Shown here piece after piece: positions 56,912 to 64,000 of a stretch of 64,000 bases of DNA. The DNA is taken from the NCBI GenBank assembly GCA_023379935.1, contig JAMCPD010000017.1:2824-66823 (forward strand), in the 5' to 3' direction. The DNA is from Actinomycetota bacterium (lineage in GTDB: Bacteria; Actinomycetota; Acidimicrobiia; Acidimicrobiales; JAMCPD01). A model generated the notes under the pieces. It worked only from the letters and a program-made list of their open reading frames with translations, ran no database searches and was not told the origin of the DNA. Positions within the stretch are counted from its first letter, which is position 1, and each line of letters starts with the position of its first letter. A program made the position numbers and the translations under genes.

Positions 56912-57800
56912 CCCTGCTCTCCTCTTTTTCTTGCCTATCTCCTATCCAAAATGACACCAGCATTAAGCCACCCAAGCCGATAAGAAGAGCAATGAATCCT
57001 TCTGCCACGGGTCCTACACCACCAAGCCCTACGCCGCCGGCGTTGTTTGGGTGTTGAATAAACCTGGTTACATATGCTGCTATATCCTCCACCTCTTTGT
57101 GATTTAAAGTCCTCGGGCCAAAGCGTGGCATATTACCTGGACCGATTCTAAGAGCCTCAGCAATTTGTGTGGGCGATGCTATATGCAGTGATGACGAAAA
57201 TGATCTGTTAGACAGAGCGTCACCTGAGCCGGTTATAGTATGGCAACTGGCACAGTTCAAGGCAAAGAGAGTTTGGCCTTCAGATACGTTAGCATGTTTC
57301 AAGTTTACCTTTGGTATTGGCGGGCCTCCCTTTCCTAAGGAAGTCACATAGGCAACTATTGCCAGAGTTTGCTGACGGGTCAGGCGAGAAGGTTTTTGTA
57401 CAGCTTCAATACCCGGTTGTGACAAAGGCATTCTACCGGTTGAAACCCAAAAATCAACTGTTGCAGCTCCCAACCCGACTAAGTTGGGCCCTCGATAAGA
57501 ACCTTCTCCTGTATTGGTATGACAGCTTGAACAGTTTTCAATAAAGAGTATATGTCCTTCCGGTATTAGGCTTTTTGGTATTGACACCGTGTTTGACTTC
57601 TCGGCACCAGCCTGGGAAGCACCAGTGGATACTGAAGTACCGGTTGATACTAGGGATGTTCGAGCGGCAAAAGAGCCGTTACGATAGATGCTTATAACGG
57701 CGAATCCTGTCGAGAGTAGCACCAACAAGGCGGGCAATAACAACATGCGTATTAATTTTTTGTGATATGGCATGTTATTTTTATTGGTGCTGTATTTCAA
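56901..57800 (-). CDS. qcrC: Cytochrome bc1 complex diheme cytochrome c subunit
   Basis: 299 aa. Two CxxCH sites (CSSCH, CASCH). C-terminal TM anchor. Confidence 0.93.
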   Translation of the reverse strand: MKYSTNKNNMPYHKKLIRMLLLPALLVLLSTGFAVISIYRNGSFAARTSLVSTGTSVSTGASQAGAEKSNTVSIPKSLIPEGHILFIENCSSCHTNTGEGSYRGPNLVGLGAATVDFWVSTGRMPLSQPGIEAVQKPSRLTRQQTLAIVAYVTSLGKGGPPIPKVNLKHANVSEGQTLFALNCASCHTITGSGDALSNRSFSSSLHIASPTQIAEALRIGPGNMPRFGPRTLNHKEVEDIAAYVTRFIQHPNNAGGVGLGGVGPVAEGFIALLIGLGGLMLVSFWIGDRQEKEESRDGH

Positions 57801-57813
57801 AGAGAGCAGTTTA

Positions 57814-58428
57814 CTATCCTTTCAACAAAAACAAACAAGCGTATAGCGCTATCCAAACAAAGTCCACAAAGTGCCAATAGTAACTTACCGCCTGGAAAAC
57901 CGTACGTTCTCCGGGATCACCTGCCGGCCCCTTCATTCTTCCGAGCAAAAATACCATTGCCACCAATCCCAAGAGTACATGAAGCCCGTGTATGCCACTC
58001 ATGATAAAGAACAAGGAACCGTAAGCGTTAGTGGAGGGACTGAAAGGCAGGGTAATCCACTCGTACATCTGGTTCATTAAAAACATTGATCCTAAAGTTA
58101 TGCTCAAGACAATCCAAAACCGTGCTGATACCCTATTTCCCTTTTCCTCTTCCCATACCGCTTTTTGCATTGTGGGGCTGGATGCAAGGAGTATTAAAGT
58201 AAAGATACCGGCTTGTAAAACATCCAAATGGGAACCTTTTGGCGGCCATATGGTGGCATGAGCTCGTATGGCAAAGTAAGCGGCGAACAACCCCGAGAAA
58301 AACATTAATTCAGAGCCAAGCCATATGAGCACACCTACAGCGAGCAGCGAGGGCCGCTCAGGTGTCAATATTGTATATGTGCCGGAGAGCTTGTGCACAT
58401 CTTCGTCAATTGCAGTAGTTTGATTCAC
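57814..58428 (-). CDS. ctaE: Cytochrome c oxidase subunit III
   Basis: 204 aa, 5 TM helices. YWHFVDFVWI signature. Confidence 0.93.
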   Translation of the reverse strand: MNQTTAIDEDVHKLSGTYTILTPERPSLLAVGVLIWLGSELMFFSGLFAAYFAIRAHATIWPPKGSHLDVLQAGIFTLILLASSPTMQKAVWEEEKGNRVSARFWIVLSITLGSMFLMNQMYEWITLPFSPSTNAYGSLFFIMSGIHGLHVLLGLVAMVFLLGRMKGPAGDPGERTVFQAVSYYWHFVDFVWIALYACLFLLKG

Positions 58429-58523
58429 AATGATTATTTATACCACAAAACAACACTAATTTACCAATACCATTATTTTTCTATACAGCCAATATAACTA
58501 ATGAAGCAGTAAGGTAGTTTATC

Positions 58524-59630
58524 ATGATACTAAATAGCTCACCATTTCTTTTGGCCGCCCGAGGCCAAAATATGCAACATGAAAATTTCAAAACTTTTAT
58601 TCCTGTGTGGTTTATGCGCCAAGCAGGGCGTTCACTGCCTGAGTATCGTATGGCGCGCCAGGATAACGATATTTTAGAAGCAATATTGGAACCCGAATTG
58701 GCTGCAGAACTTACTTTGCAACCGGTACGTCGTTATAAGGTGGATGCCGCAATTCTATTTTCAGATATTATGGTACCGCTGAAAATAGCGGGAATCGGAC
58801 TGCATATATTACCTGGTACCGGACCAGTTATGGACCGGCAATTTTCCGCTGATGAGGACCTTCAGTTAATTAAACCTTTAGAACCGGAGAGGTTGGCTTT
58901 TATGCAAGATACCATTGAGATATTGATCCGGCAACTTTCCGTACCATTAATTGGCTTGGCCGGCGGACCTTTTACAATGGCCAGTTATCTCATAGAGGGT
59001 AAGCCAAGCCAGCTTCATACCGGCGTAAAAACCTTAATGCGTGAGCAACCGGCTTTATGGGAGAAGATAATGCATGCATTGGTGCAACTTTCATCCTCTT
59101 ATATACGCTTTCAAGTTAATGCCGGGGTGAGCGCCGTGCAGGTATTTGATTCCTGGATAGGAGTTTTGTCACCTGAGGACTACTTTCGGTTTGCCTTTCC
59201 GTTTGCAAAAGAGCTTTTTGCCACTTTGTCAGATTTGGATCTTCCCTTGATCTATTTTGGAGTAGGGACATCTGAACTTTTAGGGTTGATGTCTAAAACG
59301 GGAGCCTCTGTTCTAAGCGTGGATTGGAGAATATCACTGAGGGATGTACCAAGTCATATTGATTCTACTGTGTTTAGTGCTATGGGGGTTCGGGATAAAC
59401 CCGGTGCCGTTTGCAATGTTGTCCAATCCGTACAGGGAAATTTGGATCCCTCGGTTTGCCTTGCAAGCTGGGAGGTGGTAGAAAAAGCAGTGTTGAAAAC
59501 CTTAGAGGATGCCAAGGCGATCCATCCCAGGGGATACATATTCAATCTTGGACATGGCGTACTGCCGGGGACCGATCCCGGTATTCTTGGCGCCATAGTG
59601 GAGTTGGTTCACGGTTATGATCCGCAATAA
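58524..59630 (+). CDS. hemE: Uroporphyrinogen decarboxylase
   Basis: 368 aa. PVWFMRQAGRSLPEYR, FDSW, FNLGHG. Confidence 0.95.
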   Translation: MILNSSPFLLAARGQNMQHENFKTFIPVWFMRQAGRSLPEYRMARQDNDILEAILEPELAAELTLQPVRRYKVDAAILFSDIMVPLKIAGIGLHILPGTGPVMDRQFSADEDLQLIKPLEPERLAFMQDTIEILIRQLSVPLIGLAGGPFTMASYLIEGKPSQLHTGVKTLMREQPALWEKIMHALVQLSSSYIRFQVNAGVSAVQVFDSWIGVLSPEDYFRFAFPFAKELFATLSDLDLPLIYFGVGTSELLGLMSKTGASVLSVDWRISLRDVPSHIDSTVFSAMGVRDKPGAVCNVVQSVQGNLDPSVCLASWEVVEKAVLKTLEDAKAIHPRGYIFNLGHGVLPGTDPGILGAIVELVHGYDPQ

Positions 59631-59677
59631 TTTACTGATTGGCCAAGCGAGAGAGATATGATAAGCGGTGATGAGCT

Positions 59678-60631
59678 GTGAATGATGCTTCCCGCAACTG
59701 TGCCGTGTTGGTACTTGCTCACGGTTCTGCGCACAACTTAGATGAACTGGAGGATTTTTATACCAGTATTCGCAAAGGAAGGCGCCCGAGTGAAGCTGAG
59801 CTTGAGTGGCTGAAAAAGCGTTATGAGCTAATAGGGGGGCTGTCTCCCTTAAACGAAATTACGCAGGCCCAAGTCCAGGGTTTACAATACTGCTTGGATA
59901 TGCGAAACCCGAACTATTACAAGCTGTTTTTTGCCACCAAGCATGCATATCCCACTATTGAACAAACCGTAGCTGAAATAGTTTTTTCCAACTTTAACGA
60001 AGTCGTAGTTTTGGTCTTGGCACCGCATTATTCAAGCCTTACAACGAAAGAGTACTTTAACCGAGTTAGTTCAGCCTTTCATGAACTGGCCTCGCCGGAA
60101 ATACGACCAACTCTGATCTTTGTGAAAAGTTACCATACCGAAGAGGGGTTGATATCTTTGCTCGTTGAAAGAGTTTTGGATTCTCTAAATAGCCTTCCAG
60201 CCAGAGAATCAAAGGGGCTAAACCGCGTACTTCTACTGTTCAGTGCTCACAGCTTGCCTCTTGATTTTTTGCCTTTAGATGATCCTTACCCTTCACAGGT
60301 AACAGAAACTTCACAGGCTGTAGCAACAAAAATAGTTGGTATATCTTCTTGGCGTTTGGCTTGGCAGAGCATAGGCCAAAACAGGCGGGACAAGTGGCTT
60401 CAGCCAAGTGTGGCTGAAGTGATAACTCAAAGTTCCGGCTTATTTGAATCGGTGATTGTCGTACCGGTTGGGTTTGTTTCAGATCATTTGGAAACCCTCT
60501 ATGATCTGGATATCGAGGCGCGAAAAGTTGCCGAGCAGGCTGGTTTGAATTTTGTTCGTACCGCTTCTTTAAATGCCGACCCGCGCTTTTTGGAAATTTT
60601 GGCGGATGTAGTTGTGAGGAGAAAGTCGTGA
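59678..60631 (+). CDS. hemH: Ferrochelatase (probably coproporphyrin ferrochelatase type)
   Basis: 317 aa. GTG start. LFSAHSLP, VGFVSDHLETLYDLD. Confidence 0.9.
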   Translation: MNDASRNCAVLVLAHGSAHNLDELEDFYTSIRKGRRPSEAELEWLKKRYELIGGLSPLNEITQAQVQGLQYCLDMRNPNYYKLFFATKHAYPTIEQTVAEIVFSNFNEVVVLVLAPHYSSLTTKEYFNRVSSAFHELASPEIRPTLIFVKSYHTEEGLISLLVERVLDSLNSLPARESKGLNRVLLLFSAHSLPLDFLPLDDPYPSQVTETSQAVATKIVGISSWRLAWQSIGQNRRDKWLQPSVAEVITQSSGLFESVIVVPVGFVSDHLETLYDLDIEARKVAEQAGLNFVRTASLNADPRFLEILADVVVRRKS

Positions 60632-62058
60632 AGACATCCAGGCTAAGGGTTGTGGTGGTAGGTGGAGGAATAACCGGTTTATCTGCCGCCTGGCATCTTT
60701 GCTCACAGTATGGTAACGATACAAAAGATATAGAAGTAATGCTTTTTGAAAAAGACATCCGGGTTGGCGGAAAGATATTAACCAAAGATTTTATGGGTGC
60801 AAAGGTTGATTTCGGACCCGATTCCCTCCTGATCAGATCTATAGGGGGAAACAGGCTATTTGAAGAGCTGGGAGTTACTGATAAATCTGTTTTTCCGGCT
60901 GCCAATAAGATCTGGATATGGACGGCTGACGGACTTAAAGCTTTGCCTCGGGAGTTTATCCTCGGGATACCGCCAAAGCTATCTCCCCTTGTTCGTTCGG
61001 GAATACTGACTGTTTCCGGTGCTATTCGCGCTGGTTTGGACTTAGTTTTGCCCGGCTGGATTGGGGACAGGGGAGGCAGTGATGACAACTACCATCATGA
61101 TGCATCAGTTGGTTCCCTGGTTAGATCAAGGCTTGGCAACCAGGTTGCGGATAAGTTGACGACCCCGCTTTTGGGCGGGATTCACGCAGGGAGTATAGAC
61201 GATCTGAGCTTGTGCGCAGTTGCTCCTTTTTTAAAAAAAACCACCGGATTTTCTAAAAGTCTGATGCGCGCCGTTAGGCCCCTTACGGCTTCTTATTCGT
61301 CAAACTCCAAACCGGTGTTTCAATCTTTCGAAGACGGTATGGGGTACATGGTGGATAAACTCTTAGCCAAGCTGATTGGTTGTGGTGTTACGATTAACTA
61401 TGAGAGTGAGGTCAAAGAGTTACATAGAAAAGGTGACGTTTGGCGAGTTTCTACTTTGGAGAAAGACTATGAGGCGGATGGGACTGTTTTAGCAACTCCC
61501 GCTTATTCAACTGCAGCTTTACTTGGCGATCTTGCTCCAGATGCTGCGGGCCTGCTTAAGTCTATTAAATATGAAGGGGTGGGAGTTGTCGGGTTGAGCT
61601 ATGCGAATACCAAAAACATCAAACTGGACGGAACAGGATTTTTAGTTGCCGGCACCCATCTCGTAACCGGATGTACCTGGCTCTCTTCTAAATGGTCACA
61701 TTTATCCAATCCGGATCATTTCCTGCTCCGGGCTTTTATAGGTGACAAGAACAGGGAGATATACGATAGTACAGATGATGAAATTATTGCTTTGGTTCAC
61801 GAAGAGTTGAGCAAAGCAATGGGACTTGACCAACCACCATCTGCGGGTATGGTTGTGCGTTGGGTGAACGCACTGCCAAAATATCAAGTTGGGCATTTAG
61901 AACGCGTTAAAAAGATACAAGATGAGGTATCTTCATTAGGCACTATAGCCTTGTGCGGAGCGGCATATAAAGGACTTTCGGTACCGGCTTGTATAACTCA
62001 GTCATATGACGCAGTTGCACAGGTTATGGAAAAGTTGTCCGAACGGAAAAGTCACTGA
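60628..62058 (+). CDS. hemY: Protoporphyrinogen/coproporphyrinogen III oxidase (HemY type)
   Basis: 476 aa. VVVVGGGITGLSAA FAD motif. GTGA overlap with hemH. Confidence 0.9.
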   Translation: MKTSRLRVVVVGGGITGLSAAWHLCSQYGNDTKDIEVMLFEKDIRVGGKILTKDFMGAKVDFGPDSLLIRSIGGNRLFEELGVTDKSVFPAANKIWIWTADGLKALPREFILGIPPKLSPLVRSGILTVSGAIRAGLDLVLPGWIGDRGGSDDNYHHDASVGSLVRSRLGNQVADKLTTPLLGGIHAGSIDDLSLCAVAPFLKKTTGFSKSLMRAVRPLTASYSSNSKPVFQSFEDGMGYMVDKLLAKLIGCGVTINYESEVKELHRKGDVWRVSTLEKDYEADGTVLATPAYSTAALLGDLAPDAAGLLKSIKYEGVGVVGLSYANTKNIKLDGTGFLVAGTHLVTGCTWLSSKWSHLSNPDHFLLRAFIGDKNREIYDSTDDEIIALVHEELSKAMGLDQPPSAGMVVRWVNALPKYQVGHLERVKKIQDEVSSLGTIALCGAAYKGLSVPACITQSYDAVAQVMEKLSERKSH

Positions 62059-62064
62059 GCTCAG

Positions 62065-63609
62065 GTGGATAAGTTTTCTTTAGCGTTTAAAAAATTTCCG
62101 TTACTGGTCTTGATCTCGTTGTCGACCGGTATTGCTCTTGCACTTAGTATTCCCCCTTTTGGATTTTGGATACTTGCACCGCTCTCCGGCGCTGTTTTGT
62201 ATTGGGAACTTTCACGGTTGCGAGCTTCTGCGAAAGCTATGGCCGGTTTTGTTTGTGGCATAGGACTGTTTGTTCCCGGTCTTTGGTGGGCTCATTCATT
62301 CAACAACGCCGGATATGTCGTTTTGGTGTTTGCACAGTCCTGTTTCATAGCCGTCGGCTGTCTTCTTGCTGCCACAAACTCCCGGCGTATGAAGGACCAC
62401 AGACGCCACACGTTACTGTGGCGCATGGCAGCTTTCCCTTCCGCACTCACCTTAGCGGAGGTTGCCAGGCAGTCATGGCCTTTTGGTGGAATCCCCTTGG
62501 GTAGCGTAGTGCTTGGCCAAGCGGTGAGTCCTTTGGCCAGAACCGCTAGGCTGGATGGAACCTTTGTTGTGTGTTATCTGTTGTGGTTCTTTGGAGCGGT
62601 TATTGCAGAGCTTGTCATCTTTCCTTTTGGCGCTCAACAACCATGGCGACATGTAAAGGCAGGTGTAACGGGTGGACTGATTTTAATCCTGGTTGTAATA
62701 AGCGCCATGTTTGCCCCAAACGGCGGTCCCGCCGTTCGCTATATTAAAGTAGCTGCCGTCCAAGGCGGCGGGAAAAGGGGGTTGGATATGGAAGAGGTCA
62801 ATCCTTATGCTGTTTATGATGCACAACTTGGGGCAACGGAACAGCTGGTTCCCAAATCCATAGGATTGATACTTTGGCCTGAAGATGTTGTAGCTCTTTT
62901 TGGTCCTATGAGAGATTCTTTTAGGATAAGACAGCTGTCCGGACTGGCAAAATTTATGCAAGCCACCTTGGTTGCAGGTGTAACCATACCTGTTGGAAAG
63001 AGAAGGTTCATGAATGAAGCAGTTGCATGGGCGCCGTCGGGCAAGCTTATCGGAACCTTTGAGAAGGTGCACAGGGTACCTTTTGGAGAGTACATACCTT
63101 ATCGGGGATTTTTTCAACATTTTGCCAATCTTTCCAGGGTCCCTCGCAATGCAGTACCTGGACACGGACCGGGATTGTTGAACACTCCTGCGGGTAAACT
63201 GGATGTGACGATATCTTATGAGACTTTTTTCCCTAACAGAGCAAGGGCGGGGGTTTTAGTCGGTGGAGAAGTGATAGTAGTTCCAACCAACGATTCTTCA
63301 TATATTACCAGTCAAGTTCCCTCTCAAGAGATTGCAGCATCAAGCTTGCAAGCGATATCCACCGGTCGCAACTTGGTTCAAGCTGCCCCAACCGGGTTTA
63401 GTGCTTTTATAAACAATCACGGGCAGGTGTTGGCCAGGTCTGCTCTTGGTGTCAGAGCCGTCTTGGTGCATGATGTTGGGTTGCGTGACGGTGTTACTTT
63501 TTATGATCGTTTTGGGAAACTGCCTATTGTACTGTTTTGCCTTGTATGTTTGTTGTTGTCATGGTATGCGTTTATTATTGGTTTTTCCCGACATCCACGA
63601 CGGACATGA
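62065..63609 (+). CDS. lnt: Apolipoprotein N-acyltransferase homologue, with Ser at the nucleophile Cys position
   Basis: 514 aa. N-terminal polytopic domain plus CN-hydrolase domain. LILWPE (Glu), FEKVHRVPFGEYIP (Lys), TISYETFFP where E. coli has ICYE. Confidence 0.85.
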   Translation: MDKFSLAFKKFPLLVLISLSTGIALALSIPPFGFWILAPLSGAVLYWELSRLRASAKAMAGFVCGIGLFVPGLWWAHSFNNAGYVVLVFAQSCFIAVGCLLAATNSRRMKDHRRHTLLWRMAAFPSALTLAEVARQSWPFGGIPLGSVVLGQAVSPLARTARLDGTFVVCYLLWFFGAVIAELVIFPFGAQQPWRHVKAGVTGGLILILVVISAMFAPNGGPAVRYIKVAAVQGGGKRGLDMEEVNPYAVYDAQLGATEQLVPKSIGLILWPEDVVALFGPMRDSFRIRQLSGLAKFMQATLVAGVTIPVGKRRFMNEAVAWAPSGKLIGTFEKVHRVPFGEYIPYRGFFQHFANLSRVPRNAVPGHGPGLLNTPAGKLDVTISYETFFPNRARAGVLVGGEVIVVPTNDSSYITSQVPSQEIAASSLQAISTGRNLVQAAPTGFSAFINNHGQVLARSALGVRAVLVHDVGLRDGVTFYDRFGKLPIVLFCLVCLLLSWYAFIIGFSRHPRRT

Positions 63610-63621
63610 TAAAATAACTTT

Positions 63622-64000
63622 GTGCGAAATTCCTGGTTGAAGCCACTGTCTTTTGGTGAGTTACTGGATGTTTCTGTCAAGCTCACTGTGAACAGTCTAG
63701 CTTCATTGTTGCGTATAGCACTGTACACACTGCTTCCGGCACTCGTACTGTTTGTGGTGCTGTTATTTTCGGCTATTCCCCGCTCCATTTACAACCTGCA
63801 TTTCCCTACTGCCTCACCGTTCTCCCTAAATCAATCTTCTGGGACCGCCTCCCCGTTTTCCTCGTTGCATATAAGCTCATCTTCCGTATGGGGGTTGATA
63901 GGGGCCGTCTCTATAGGTATGGTTATACTGAGTATTGCCAGTTTGTTGTTTGCTTACGCCGCCTGTTTGGTTCTGGGTAACAACTATATGAGGATCAAAT
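63622..64000 (+). CDS. Hypothetical membrane protein, 5' part (runs off right edge)
   Basis: My translation in frame 1 is open from 63613 to the window end. Candidate starts are GTG 63622 and TTG 63637. Hydrophobic segments: LLPALVLFVVLLFSAI and VWGLIGAVSIGMVILSIASLLFAYAACLVLG. Confidence 0.4.
   Translation, partial: MRNSWLKPLSFGELLDVSVKLTVNSLASLLRIALYTLLPALVLFVVLLFSAIPRSIYNLHFPTASPFSLNQSSGTASPFSSLHISSSSVWGLIGAVSIGMVILSIASLLFAYAACLVLGNNYMRIK

Noticed and set aside
60240-61088. 282-aa minus-strand ORF across the hemH/hemY junction
   Set aside because: It is antisense to two well-supported genes. It is a Pro/Ser/Arg-rich shadow-frame product with no start context or motif.

Overview
The window is gene-dense chromosomal DNA, most consistent with a comparatively low-GC member of the Actinomycetota. 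Evidence for this: a qcrC-qcrA-qcrB plus ctaE/ctaC-ctaD-ctaF respiratory locus with a diheme QcrC and the small actinobacterial oxidase subunit IV; the order folE-folP-folB-folK ... panC-panD ... coaX-lysS ... clpC-radA; a VKOR-type disulfide system; a paired ArsA/Get3-like ATPase; and hemE-hemH-hemY. All functional calls come from motifs I recognised by eye in the supplied translations, since no searches could be run. I found no rRNA, tRNA or CRISPR array. About 90% of the window is ordinary core metabolism and housekeeping. The only clearly accessory stretch is about 17.2-23.6 kb. It holds (1) a 1142-aa secreted protein with about 15 cysteine-pair repeats, an IPT/TIG-like domain and three tandem ~140-aa modules; (2) a 2.66-kb cassette bounded by perfect 25-bp inverted repeats, carrying a decayed IS3-family transposase and an apparently intact AbiEi/AbiEii toxin-antitoxin pair; and (3) an orphan 180-nt copy of the surface-protein 3' end with its own terminator. 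This island lies where the conserved tilS-hpt-ftsH-folE synteny is broken. Other points worth a second look: a phosphatase-fold protein with a dead P-loop (HQEEVSDR instead of HCxxGxxR) translationally coupled inside the folate operon; a single 1267-aa ORF fusing all four LIV-type ABC importer domains with no binding-protein gene nearby; an Lnt homologue whose nucleophile Cys is Ser; a DUF929(CPYC)/VKOR pair; and a GMC-oxidoreductase/unknown/aldehyde-dehydrogenase operon. I did not find a multi-gene system that I can confidently call new. The candidates above are single genes or small modules, and I rate them accordingly.
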